Program-made: the position numbers and the translations under genes
Notes under the pieces: generated by a model
Told to the model about the DNA's origin: nothing
Databases searched by the model: none
What the model saw: the letters and a program-made list of their open reading frames with translations, nothing else
NCBI GenBank assembly: GCA_051294375.1
Contig: CM119265.1
Coordinates: forward strand, 21,199,978 to 21,263,977
Length of the DNA stretch: 64,000 nt
DNA from: Paraspadella gotoi
Taxonomy: Eukaryota > Animalia > Chaetognatha
Direction of reading: 5' to 3'
In this document: positions 24,643 to 37,330 of the stretch, piece after piece
Numbering within the stretch: the stretch's first letter is position 1
Layout: the number at the start of each line of letters is the position of its first letter

Positions 24643-27600
24643 GAAAGAAGAAGAGATAAATATCTCTTCTCTCGATCTCCGCTCCTCTCTTCTCTTCTCG
24701 TTTCATCTCTTCTCTCGCGGACCATTGTATCTTTCCTCTCCTCTTCGGATCGAAGAAACGACATTCCGCGATAACGATAACGAAAAAAAAAAAGATATTT
24801 TGTGACTCAGAAGAAAAAGAGGCCGACAAATTGCGGCGAACTGTGAAACCGTCAGGCAGCTGTCTTGTGATAATGACGATGATAACGATGATTGCGACGA
24901 TGATGGAGGGACGAAACGAGATAAAGAAGACGACGACGACGACGACGACTATGATGATGATGATAATGACGATCAACTTAAAGTTAACAGTTGATGATAA
25001 TCCCGGGTAAAACGCAGGAAAACGATGAACATAGTTTTTTATTTCATTACTAATCAGCTCATCTTTATTTACAGCCAAGTTTTACGGTGAGCAATGTCGT
25101 CGTCCTCGTCGTCGTCGTCGTCGTCGTCCTCGTCGTCGTCGTCCTCGTCGTCGTCGTCAACTACAGCGTTATCGTCCTGGACGGGAGTAAGAAACTTTTT
25201 CCTGTCATCGTTTTAATTCCTTTTCCAGAAAAGAAAAAAACAACTATAAATTACTTTTATTTTTTTCTGGAATTTTCTCCGCTTTTTTCTCTTCTCTTTA
25301 AATTTTCTTTGTTATTCTTTTCCGCGATATAAATATATCTTATCTCGTTTTGACGTGAGTCACTTCGGTGCGAAGTTCAGCGCCCCTCGCGGAAAAAAAA
25401 ATCCTGGAAGGAAAAAAAAAACAAAAGGGAATAAATTCCAAGATTTTATTATGATTCGAAGGATTTCTTCGTGTGACGAAACTGAGGTTTTTGTTGTGAA
25501 GATTTTGAAGGCGAGAATTTTGAGTAACATCAAAGGAATTCCTTATTATTTTCAATTCTCTTTTGTCTTTTTCTATCCTCCCTTCCCAGTCTCTCTATCC
25601 TCTCTCTCTTATTCTTACTAACCTCTCCCTTCCCCCTCTCTTCTTTCTCCCTACCACCCTCTCATGTTCCCAACCCTCNNNNNNNNNNNNNNNNNNNNNN
25701 NNNNNNNNNNNNNNNNNNNNNNNNNNNNNNNNNNNNNNNNNNNNNNNNNNNNNNNNNNNNNNNNNNNNNNNNNNNNNNNNNNNNNNNNNNNNNNNNNNNN
25801 NNNNNNNNNNNNNNNNNNCTCGAGACTCGAGATGCGACGTAATTAGTATTTCGCGATCTGACGAGATAAGACTGAGAGAATTTGGTGGAAGGTCGGCCGC
25901 TAATGCCAGGAAATGCGGCAAAATGTCGAGTTGCTTCAGGCAGTGTCTACGAAAAGCCTTTTGTCAAGAAATGANNNNNNNNNNNNNNNNNNNNNNNNNG
26001 AAAGAAGAAGAGATAAATATCTCTTCTCTCGATCTCCGCTCCTCTCTTCTCTTCTCGTTTCATCTCTTCTCTCGCGGACCATTGTATCTTTCCTCTCCTC
26101 TTCGGATCGAAGAAACGACATTCCGCGATAACGAAAAAAAAAAAAGGAGATAATTTTTGGTGGGACTCAGGAAGATAAAAGAGGCCGAGAACAAATTGCG
26201 GGCGTCAACTGTGAAACTCCGTCAGGGCAAGCTGTCTTGTGATCAAGTGACGATGATAACGATGATTTGCGAACGCAATGATGGAGGGACGAATAACGGA
26301 GGTATAAAGAAGACGAACGACAGACGGGGACGACGACTAGATTGGGATGTGTGAGTGAATGAATGAAAATGACGATCCCAAGGACTTAAAGTTAAACAGT
26401 TGATGATCAATTCCCGTAAAACGCAGGGATCAAAGCGATGAACCATAGTTTTTTATTTCATTACTAATTCAGCTCATGCTTTTATTTACAGCGCAAAATG
26501 TTTTACGGTGAGCAATGTCCGTCCGTCCTGCGCGTCGTCGTGAGTTGTCGTCGTCGTCGCTCTGTCGTCCTCCTCGTCGTCGTCTCGTCGGTACGTCGTC
26601 AACTACAGCGTTAATCCGTCCTGGTACGGAGTAAGAAACTTATTCCTGGTCATCGTTTTAATTCCATTTTCCAGAAAAAGAAAAAAAAACAACTATAAAT
26701 TACTTTTATTTTTTTTTCTGGAATTTTCACTCCAGGCTTTTTTTCCATCTTCTCTTTAAATTTTCTTTGTTATTCTTTTTCCGGCGATATAAATATATCT
26801 TAGTCATCGTTTTTGAGAACAGTGAGTCCTATCTTCGGTGGGCGAAGTTCAGGCCCCCCGCTCGGCGGAAAAAAAATCCTGCGGGGGAACGGCTACTAAA
26901 ATAAAACAAAAGGGTAATATAATCCAAGATATTTCAATTATATGATTCGGGATTTCTCTTTCGTGTGACGAAACTAGAGGTTTTTAGCTTGTGAGAAGAA
27001 TTGTGAAGGCGAGGCAGATTTTTGAAGGGTAACAGTACTTATAAGGAAATTCGGGCTATTTGATTTCCATAACATGGGTATTGAATCGTCTTGTCTTTTG
27101 CTGTGCTTTTATCCATCTGTAGCCCTATAGCGGCTCTAGTGTCTCCACATATCCTCTCTCGTCTGCGGCTCTGCGATTTCGTGATTTACTTGATCGAGCA
27201 GTCAGGTTCAGTTCGGGAGCGTGTCATATTGTCGGTGGATGTTCCGTGACTATATGCAGGTTGTCGCCCTCATCTTGCTGGATTCAATGCCTTCTGCCTA
27301 CTCGTTCAGGTTTTACCCGGCGAGGGTAGTTGCTTGGCCCTTTAGGAGCCCAGAGTGCTGCGTCCCTTCGAGAGTGCCCTCGTGGCACATATAGTCACCG
27401 ATTGTGTCCTCCACCCTCCATCCCCCCATGTGTTTCTACGTCCTGATATGCCCGGAGCCAGGCACTCCATTGAGCTCCCAATGGGAGTCGTGCAGTTCCT
27501 CCACTGCCAGTGTGCAGTCGCAGCTGGTTCGGGCAGTGAGGTATTGACACCTCGACGATGCTAGCACGGATTGGCCGTCGGGCGGGAACTGCGGCAGGGT

Positions 27601-27837
27601 TCAGTGAGCAGACGAACATCGTAGTACTCATTTCTCAAGAAATTGAAGATCATTGATGGACTTCGAGATGCGACGTAATTAGTATTTGCGATCTGCACGT
27701 TAGATAAGACTGAGATGAATTTGGTGGACAGGGTCGGCGGCGACTTATATGGCCAGGGGAAAAAATTGCCGGCAATAATATGTTGCCGAGGCTTGCTTCA
27801 GCGAGTTGTCTACGGAAAGCCTTTTGTCAAGAAATGA
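24643..27837 (+). other. Duplicated block, likely assembly artefact: 24643-25974 = 26000-27837 (progressively noisy)
   Basis: The first ~130 bp after the gap (26000) are identical to the sequence from 24643, then an insertion-rich copy continues collinearly. Confidence 0.85.
25935..25974 (+). mobile_element. Clean copy of the left TIR and TSD of the Kolobok-like element (contig end)
   Basis: TTCA GGCAGTGTCTACGAAAAGCCTTTT immediately before an N gap; duplicated in noisy form at 27797-27837. Confidence 0.6.
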
Positions 27838-30800
27838 ACCTGAATCACAATTCCCAATTTTGCTCTTATTTTGGTCAAAAAAATAATGAATGCTAAAATT
27901 TTTTATACTATGTGGACTATCAGTCACATAGTAAGTGGCAAACCCAACTGGTAGTAGGAAAAAAGTCATCTCCTTATAAGTAAATTTTATAAGCAGTAAA
28001 GATTAGTTGTTTATTAGCAAAATTTTAGGGCTTCAAAAATCTTGTCCATATTTTGCATCGACATATGTTCAAGTTTTGACCACCTAAAATTTTCAAGGGT
28101 GGAAGATCAAAAAAAAAAAATATTTTTATTGTCGCTTTGGGTTGCCCGGCTTCATGTTCTTTCTAACGTGGGGGAAATAAAACATAGGAAGCATTTTTGT
28201 TTAATGATTCAACCGTTTGTTGCTGCAATGAAACTTTTGTAAACGATCGTTAAGTCAAAAAAAATGGCATTTTTTCGATTTTGTCATTTTAAACTTAACT
28301 GAAACATTCTTAAGATTATTGAAGACGTAATGCAAAATAATTCCAGCACATCGATAAGTAATTATATCTGTAATATTAAGAAATACTTCATGGAGCATTA
28401 TATTGCTTTAAAAAAAAATTTTTAAGATGTATTTATGGGCGGAGACGTGATAGATACAGTGTAGAGATAGATAGGAGAAGACAGAAGTTTTATAACGGCG
28501 GATACATTGTAATACAAATGTAGACCCACGGTAGTTAAACCATTTATACGGTAATAAATGGTGAAAACGAGAAAGTTATCTACAGTAGATTGTTACGCAG
28601 TTTGTGTCTACCATCGTCGAGCTGTCCGCTTTTAAAAGCCAAAAGTCCGGGCCAAGTGTCCTCAAGCTGCTAGGTCAGTGGGGCTAACTAACGCACCGGG
28701 TTACCGACCGGTGGCCAGAAGACATGACCCTACGCAGCGTGAACCTAAGCCGTGCTCCCCCCATACATCCCATTAGCAGTCCCCCCCAACGCCAGACGTC
28801 CACGTCAGTTTGGTGCGTCGTGGATGATAAGAGGCAGTGGGAGGGACGGCCATAATTTCTCGTTGGGATCCGATCGGAATGGCGTTGCGGGGAAGTTAAG
28901 CTGGGATGCGCCCGGCGAGTATCGCTTGCCACTAGCTTCTTGGTTTGAATGAAGAACAGTAATTGGGCTGCCAAAAACTTAATTTTCCATCGAACTGTGG
29001 GATGGTGCGGTTTGTAAGGCAGAAGGCGCGGCTTGGACGGCAGATGGTTCGCCTAAAAGGCAGTGGCGGGCTGGAAAAGATAGGCGTCGCGGAGTACGAT
29101 TCGATGAGGCGGAATATAGAGGGTGGCGGTTGAAGGGGAAGAGCACCGTTTGCAGAAAGAGAATCGACCTTTTGGCGCCGAGAGAGAGGCGACCTTGTTC
29201 ATTACACTGTCTTTGATGACTCGGGCACAGGTTATGGCAACGAGTAGATGGCCCGATCAAGCAAATGGCGTTCCGGGCGCGGGGGATGGCATAGATGGTT
29301 AATTGGCGGTAGCATCGGAAGAGTCTGAGCCCGAGACAGGCCGGAAATCGCGCTGGATCTGCGTCGCCGAAAACGGCCGATCAATGCCTGATCTAGCGGG
29401 CCATAAGTCTGGAGAATGATCCGTTGGACTCCTCTGGTGGCTGCGTCGCTTATGGAGTCCGCAGCATCGTGTGGGATGTTGGCACCGATCGGAGCAGATG
29501 CCTGAGTTCAGAACATTTTGATATACACTCTGGCTGTGTTTTTCATTTATCTTTAATGATAGCCAGTTTGTGGTGGCTGCAATACGCATTGCCATACTGA
29601 GGCCAAAACGTTTCCTTGCTCTTTGTCCTGTGAATATAGGATTTATATTGTTGGTACAGAGTACTGAGCAAGCTCGTGGCGGGAGATAGGCTGTCGTCGC
29701 TTATCCGTGCATCGTCGGTCACTGAAGTTATTTTTACGTACCTAATTATTTTTTTTTGGTTTGTTAGATATTTTGGATATATGCGTAGTCAAGACCTTTG
29801 TCGGAGATGAGGTCATGAAAGTTGTCGCCAGTTGTTTAAAGCAGTGGCTAGTAGGCGGAGTAGTGGCCCTTCGCTATCGCTCAGTCCATTTTCCCTTATC
29901 TTCTATCATATTTTCTCTTTGCACATTCGTCGTGTAGTGCTGAATTAGCTAGTTGTTTTTGGTTGGCAGGCATAGTATGTGGTTGTCGGAGGTTCGATCG
30001 CAGGCCGAAGTACAGACGACGTAGTTTCACATGTTGATTTGGTTCATTAAAATTTCAAAACGAGTTGCTCGAATTTGCGTTGTTCAAAAGAAGTCAGCTA
30101 ATGATCGGTCTTTGTCTCAAAGTAAGTAAAACGTATATGAGTTCTCTTGCTGTAGTTGGCGGTCATAATCGACGTGAGGCATGTGTGTTATAGTGTTTGA
30201 TGTTTGGCGCCTAAAGCACGAAAAGTAGAGGGGCCATGATAAAAGTCGTAAGAGAGATGGGGAGATCGGAAAACATTCGTCTTTTTGCACCGATTTGATT
30301 TGTTGACGAAGCAGCTTTCAAGGATCCGGTCCTCGTATGAGCGAGGAACTTCTTAGAAGGGTGTCGGGTAGCGAAGAGGCGCGGGTCTGGCAAAGGAATT
30401 CATACTCGTGCGTTGTTTTGGGGGCGGGGATCACCTCATAGGCGGCGGATGAGATAACAAGATCGGCGAACTGAAGATTCGAAATGCGTTCCTGAAAGAA
30501 TTGATTATTGCGTACAAGTTTACGTCGCCATTTTTTTTTAATAGAAAGAACCAGAACAAGTGGAGTGTAGAGGGAAAGTTTCTTTAAAAGGCACAATAAG
30601 GGATCGTATGTAGACGTATTTTATAGATTTTGGAAAGAAGATACATAGTTTTGGGAGAAAATTAAGGGAAAGTTTGTAGAAGGAACAAAAACAAGATTCG
30701 ATAGACCACAGGAATTGTGTTATTTTATTTCTTTATTGGAGCGGTAGGTTTGGGTTTGTAGTTCACAATTTCGAACGTTTCGAAGATTGAAGTGGGCCAT

Positions 30801-32958
30801 GTGAACGGGGGAAAAAGTTTATTTTGGGAAGCATTTAGACATTTTAGCGAACAAAACGTTAGGGAGGGCGAAAATCGTGGAGGGGAGACAGGCTGGTTCT
30901 TTCGGGTGAAGTTTATTTGGTGTGAGAAATTTTGAGAGAAAGGCATTGATTTCGGGAACGGTTGGCGGACTGATTAAATTCGTATCGTCCCGGCTAATCA
31001 CCCCCGCACATTTAGTGGGCGCGTGATATAATTAGAATAAGAAGACATAGGTTTAAAACGGGATACATTTAATACAATGTACAAGGAGTTGAAAGCATTA
31101 ACAGTAATGAAAATGCGTGAACGAGAAAAGTAATTAGCAGGAAGATTTGAGATTGTGTTCTAACCATGCGTGGGAGCCTTGTCGCGCTTTTAAAAGCCCT
31201 AAACAAAGTCGCCGCAAGTGTCCTCTAGGCGCAAAGGGGTCAGGTGGCTAAACCCAACCCCACCGCGTGTACCGAACGGTGGCCAGCAGACATGACCGCA
31301 CGTGACCCTAAAGCGTCTCCTATATCTTTGAATTTGGTGATTTTTTGTGGATTGTAGGTTTATATTTTTCAAATTTCGACTTTAAAGGCATTTATTCTTA
31401 GTGTTATTATAGTTTTATTAAGGGGGTTGGAGCCTAGTTTGTATTATTCTTTGTTTAATATCTTAAAAAACCGCATCATTTTGCGTTATCGGTTAAAGCC
31501 ATATCAGGACAATGTTTTTAATGCAATTTTTTTTTTTCCCGCGGTGTTCGACACGATTTTGCGGGAAAATATATTCCCGACAAAATCTGGTGCGGACTTT
31601 ACGTAAAAAGTCTGGCAAGACACCACCAAAATAGAAAAAAATAAAGACTCGCGGACGTTATCTCCGCGAATTTTTTTGTGAGCTTAAACATAAATAATAG
31701 AATAATACGAAAAAAAAAAGAATTAAAGAAATAAGAGGAAAGAAAAAAAGGGAGAGAGTGGAAAGCAGAAAGAATAATGAAGAGAAGAAGGAAGGAAGGT
31801 TAAGGAAAGGAAGGGAATGGGAAGGAATGAAGGAAGGAAGGAAGGTAAAGGAAGGCAAGGAAGGAAGTGAAGGAAAGGGAAGGAAAGAAAGTAAAAGGAA
31901 GGAAAGAAACAAGTTTGAGGGCAAAGCAATGTCGATCTGCCGCACAAATCAGTTAGCGGTAATTAATTAATTAATTAATACAAACTATATAACTTAAAAA
32001 CAAGTAATTTAATTAATAATTAATTAATTTGATCCGAAAATGGTTATGTTTTAGGTCTTTTCGTCCACTGAGCGCACGACAAAAAGCACCGACGACCGAC
32101 GATGAATTCCTCAAAAATGGTTCACGAATCGAGTTTCTCTTCTAAAAGAATAGAGAGTAGAAGAAGATTAATGAGACACAATTGCGATACGAAAGAAAAA
32201 GCAAATAAAGGAAAAAAATAGACGAGCGAAAGAAAGTAGAGAGAGAGAGAAAGCAGAGAAACCTAAAAAAAAGAGACGAGACAAGAGATAGTGCAGTAAA
32301 GAGAGGATGAGAGACGAGAGAGCAGAGGAGAAGAGAGAGAGAGCAGAGATGAAAGAAAAAAAGAACAGAAGCAGTATATAGTGAATAAGAAAAAAGAGTA
32401 TGAAAGTAACAGAAAAGGAGAAAGGAAGGAAAAGAATGAAGAGATAGAAAAGAAAGAAAGAGAAGAGAGAGAGAGAGATAGAAGAAGAATCGGAAAGAGA
32501 AAGGAAGAGAAATATATAAATGCTCATAGAATTTATAAGGAAAATCAATATCGGCCTGATTCATAAAACGCGTTGTGTCTACCTGCTCCATTTCTCTTCT
32601 TCACGAACAAGGCTAAAAACTTTTCCCATTTTTTAAAATCCCAATATGATTATACGTAGAATTTCAGAACATACGTATAGTTCACAAATAATTTTCACTG
32701 CATATTATTTCAATATAACTCTGTGAAGAAAACTTTCGTAACGGTAGCGAGAATTTTGAATTGTATTAGAATAAGCAACATCGGCGTTGTGGCTTATTGA
32801 TAGAACGATACATATTCCAACACTACCGTGATTGACAAAGTTAATAAGTGACGGCATGAGCAATTAAACCAAAACACTAAAAAGTAGTAATTTTTACAGT
32901 TAGACAATCATGGTTCTTAAAGTCAATGGTTTAAGAAAGGCGTTTCGTAGACACTGCC
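27801..32958. mobile_element. Non-autonomous TIR DNA transposon, Kolobok-like, with nested insertions
   Basis: The right end TTTCGTAGACACTGCC (32943-32958) followed by TTCA is the exact reverse complement of TTCA+GGCAGTGTCTACGAAA's 16-bp core at 25939-25954, with TTCA at 25935-25938 (clean left end, cut by a gap). A noisy duplicate of the same left end, again preceded by TTCA, starts at 27801. GG...CC termini with a TTAA-like 4-bp TSD fit Kolobok. No transposase seen. Confidence 0.6.
28437..31324 (-). mobile_element. Decayed or error-rich Gypsy-like LTR retrotransposon (two LTRs plus gag/protease remnants; no RT/RNaseH/IN seen)
   Basis: About 300-bp direct repeats at ~28437-28766 and ~31016-31324 (shared ggatacatt..aataca, cgcttttaaaagcc, caagtgtcctc, cggtggccag.agacatgacc). 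A G-tract PPT-like sequence (ttggggggga) precedes the left repeat on the - strand. Frameshifted retropepsin-like motifs on the - strand: LI(D)SGAQISAIP (~29388-29341), ATAN (~29312-29301) and LGA..D(F)LSANGL..RLI (~29185-29102), matching the DSGA / AANG / ILGADFL pattern of Gypsy proteases. Reading these requires assuming indels. Confidence 0.6.
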
Positions 32959-35752
32959 TTCATGTAGAGCGATGCTCTTCAATTTGAATGCATACAATTA
33001 TGTAAATTCCTCATTGCTCAAAATCGACCCAAAAAAAAAAAAAGAAAAATACATCATTCATTTATGTCGATGATGTTTAGCGTAATTTTATTCAGTTTTT
33101 CCGGCGATGGCATCGTCGATGGCAGCGACGATGGCATACTCTATGGCAGCGACATCGAAAACATCAATAAAGATAAAATCCATTAAATATGGAATCGAGG
33201 ATTCCATTCCTCGCTTTTCGTCTCATCTTCTCTCGATTCCGTTCCATGCGCGACCTTCGTTCAGCCACGAGGCCAATTTTCTCAATTCTAATTTTTTTTT
33301 CCACGAATTATGCGTCATGACAATTTATGTTCGCAGCGCGAATTGACGTGAAAATATAATCACGAGTCAGTTTTTTTTAGCGTAGATTTTGGTAAAAAGA
33401 ATTTACATATTGACTAAAATAAAACAAAAACAAAAAAAAACAAAAAAACAAAAACAGTCACGATTGGAAGAACTGGAAAGAACAAGAAGACGGGTTCATG
33501 TCCCGCCTTTTTTTCTTCGATCAGAAAAGAAAAGTCACGTGATGGCGTCTCGTCACGTGACCTCGCGTCATGTCGACGTGTGAATCGCAAACATCGACGT
33601 CGTGTCGAAGGCGAACGAGAATTTGGCGGTGGTGGGGGTGAAAAGTGAGGGTGGAGGGGGCAGGAGAGGGTGGAGGGATGCGATGATCAGAAAAGGGGCA
33701 GGTTTGCTAGTTCAGATCTGTACAGGGGCAGGTTCGCAGGTTCAAAGGGCTACTATGGTAGGGGACTAATGATAAAATCAGATCGTGATGTGACGCGAAA
33801 GAGAGTGAGGAGTGATCAAGAGCGAAAGCGGGGAAGGTTTAGTGGTGAACTGTGAGAAGACGGGAGACGGGACCCGAGGGTTGACGGAATTGGGTCGCCG
33901 CGAAAAGGGGGACGCAACGACGACGGCGGACGACGCTCGCCCCGCCGGATCCGAGACGGGAAATGAGAAGCGAAGACTAAACCGCGAACGCGCGTCGCTT
34001 AGCAACGGACGGGCGAACAGGGGCGGAACGGACAAGACGGAAGGTCGACGGAGGAAAGAAAAGAAAAAAGGAGGAAAAAGAAAAAAAAAAGGAAAGAGAA
34101 AAGCCGTCGGCCGAGATAATTGGTGTAAAAAGGCGGCGACGGCGGAGATAAGATAAACTAATTGAAGCGGAAATGTGAGGACACCGTTGGAAGTCAGCGA
34201 GTCAACGCCTTATTGCAAATTGCGCGTCGTCCTTTTTTTTCGCCTTTGATATTATTTCGTTGAGAGTCTAATCTGCAATAATGCCGCTGGATGTTCATTT
34301 ATTGAAAGATCAAATGTTTTCATATTATTGTGTCTGTGTTTGCCATTTCGGCCGAGACGCCCGAGCTCGCCATTCTAGCAACTGCACGCAATGACAAGAT
34401 TTATGATCGCGGTTGGATATGACGCTCGAGCATTCTGACAGGATTCGTCCGCAGCTGACCCCTTTTTTGAATACTTGAGATCGCATCGTATTTGACATGT
34501 ATATATAGTCGAGAGAAGACGACAGAGAATTGGGATAACTAGTGCGGAAATTTTGTCACAATTGTGCACTAAAGGCGGGTCAAAATTGAACACTTTTTTA
34601 ATAACTTTTTAAATTCTCCTCTACAAAAAATTCCTTTTTCCTTCCTATTACTAACATCGATTTTCAATGTAACTTTTTGAATTAGTTCATTCGGGCATTG
34701 TTAGCAACTGAAGCTTTTAAATATTATATTAATATATAACAAATACCAAAAATTTTATATAATAAAAAAAGATTAAGTTTTAAAGTAAGCGGATTTTTTC
34801 CTATAGAGCTTGAAAAAGTACTAATGAAAAGTTAGTACTACAATTTTTAAAAATTTTTGACAAGAAATTGGTCTAAAAAAACAGAAAAAACGTTAAAAAT
34901 CATCATTCAATCAATCATCATTCGGCTGAAATTTTTAAGTTTTTTTTAAAATTCCTTTATCAATAAAAACAAAAAATTTTAAAATTTGTAATAATAACCT
35001 TCATCTAACTGTTATAAAGCTTCCATCAGAATCCATTAAAAAAAATTGAAAAATTCAAAAAAAATTTTTAACTTTATATAGTAATAAAGATAATCCTTTA
35101 AATGTTCCGTTCGGCGCTTTATTAATATTTAGATAATTTTTTAAAATTATTTTTATTTTCATAATTTCTCTAACCATCACTTCTATCAATATTTATTTTG
35201 AGAGAACTTCTAGTTTTCACCTGAGTTCCGGCCTATTGTGCACCAGCTCCGGATTAAGGAAGAAAATGTGTTATTGCACGATTTCTAATTTTTTTTTTGT
35301 TTTATTTGGGGGGCTTCCCTTTTTTTTTCTGCTATGAAGACGGAAATCAGTAACCGCGAAAAGAGTTATTGCACAGAAAATGGTGTGAAGACCGAGGAAA
35401 GAGAGGAATAACGGAAAGGAGAAGGAAGAGGAGGAAGGAGGAGGTGAGGAGGAGGAACGGAAAGCATCTGCGTCGGGATGCGATTCTGTGGAAGGAAGAC
35501 AAATTAATCGAAGGCGGAAAGAAGAAGAAGATTGGAACAAGATTTGATGACAAGGCGCCGACGAGCGGGGAGGGCGGAGCGGCGGCATGGGGGTAGGGCA
35601 GAGGGAGGTGGGGGGGAGGGGAATAGCTGGAGGAAAGGGGGTTAGGGGGATAGAGAAAGGACGAGAAGTCAAGACTAGGGTTGCTGGATAGAAGATGATA
35701 TTGAGGAGTTTGAAAAATGATGAAAAGGGCTGGATACGGGAAGAAGAAGAGA

Positions 35753-35813
<61 letters not shown>

Positions 35814-35997
35814 AAGAGGAGAGAGAGAGAGAGAAGAGAGCAGAGACAGAGAGAGAAGAGAGAGAGAGAGAGAAAGAGATGAAGAGAGAGAGAGGAGAGA
35901 AGAGAGAGAGAGAGTAAAGTCGAGAAATTGTGGAGTAGATTGTCAGGAAGACAGAACGACGACGAGAATCTGGGGGCAGTGAGTACGGAGATGAAGA

Positions 35998-36094
<97 letters not shown>

Positions 36095-36189
36095 TGTTTT
36101 TAATACGCCCGGCTCTAGTGGATGGAGGAAGTGATCAGTTCCAGTTTCACGTCGCTTTCGAATGAACTCATCTGAATCGCCGAGTGATC

Positions 36190-36300
36190 TCGTCCAATCC
36201 TCCATGTCATCCAATCAGAGCTTATCTGATTCCATCTCATCCAATCAAATCTCATCTAATTCCATCTTGTCCAATCAGATCTCATCCGATAAGATGTCAC
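36190..36300 (+). repeat. 30-bp tandem repeat (CCAATCAGATCTCATCTAATTCCATCTCAT-like), 3-4 copies
   Basis: ccaatc at 36211, 36241 and 36271 (30-bp period). Confidence 0.7.
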
Positions 36301-36613
36301 ACACTCTGATTCCGGAATCTTTTGATCTTTTTCGATCTCATGACCTTGAGAAATTCAGAAAATAAGTAAACTACTTTGCCTCCTCACTATCTATTGTTTT
36401 TCTCATTAAAACTTATCGATTTTAAACTATTTTTAACCAGTTCTATTCTGACCTCATCCAATTCTCAAGTCTCATCTCGACCAATCTCTTCACTCGTCCG
36501 ATCTCCCCATCTCGACTCCTTTTTTTCTAATCAAGATTCGCGACGACAGACTTTGTTTCAATCATCGTCTCTCTCTCTCTCTCTCTCTNNNNNNNNNNNN
36601 NNNNNNNNNNNNN

Positions 36614-37330
36614 TGGGAGGAATGGAATTCAGCACCCGAATGGTGTGCGCGTGGGAGAGAGGAAATCTGCGTATCCAGCAGGCTGGGGAGTGAGAAAATG
36701 CATGAAAAAGGCCTGTGTGAGGTGAGAGAATCCCGTCGTGGAGAAGAGGATGAGAAGTAGCATGAGATGGATGAGAAGGAGGAATACTACGAAGAGGATG
36801 AGGAGAGAGAGAGAATACGACGAGAGGAGTGTGGGAAGAGGAGAAATCTGCGAGAAGTGGATGGAAGAAGCTCCCGTGTGGAGGAAGCAAGGCCGCATGG
36901 CAGGGAAATTCACAGTGTGAGGTGGGAATCGACCGCGGTGAAGTTTGTGAGGAAAGGACAAGTCACACCGACGAGAAGAATCTGAGCGGTAGGAGAGAGA
37001 GAGGAATGTACCGATGGGGAAGGGAAATGTTGAAGTAGGAGAAGGAGGGAGAGAACAGCCGTAGAGGGAGGGAAATGAAGCGAGAGAGACCGATGAAAGT
37101 AGAGGCAGTGGAGGAAGGGAGAGAGAAAATTCCTTTGGGAGGATGAGATCCCGTGTGGGGAGGAATTCCTTATGGAGGAAAGTCCCAGGCATTGTGGGAA
37201 GCAAAATTGCACCAATGTACGGTTTTAAGTCCAAGCGAATCCCTTGCGCGGAGAATCTCGTCGTTGGGAGGAGAACCGCGTGTGCGCGACTGGACTAGGG
37301 TGATAGGAGGAAGGTAGATCACCTCAGTTC
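36614..37330 (-). mobile_element. LINE (CR1/L2-like) ORF2 C-terminal remnant
   Basis: Frameshifted - strand peptides TLVQSR, RRCDLSFPHKLHRG and HTIRVLNSIPP occur in the order of the CR1/L2-type ORF2 C-terminal motifs LY.SLVRS.LEY, RR...DL.FL.K...G and R.V..WNSLP. The sequence is indel-rich. Confidence 0.5.

Noticed and set aside
35675-36214. RERE/SLSL, poly-D, poly-T, poly-S and EKRRE ORFs throughout the track
   Set aside because: Translations of (GA)n, (GAC)n, (GAT)n and (TCTCT)n microsatellites, with no splice or domain support.
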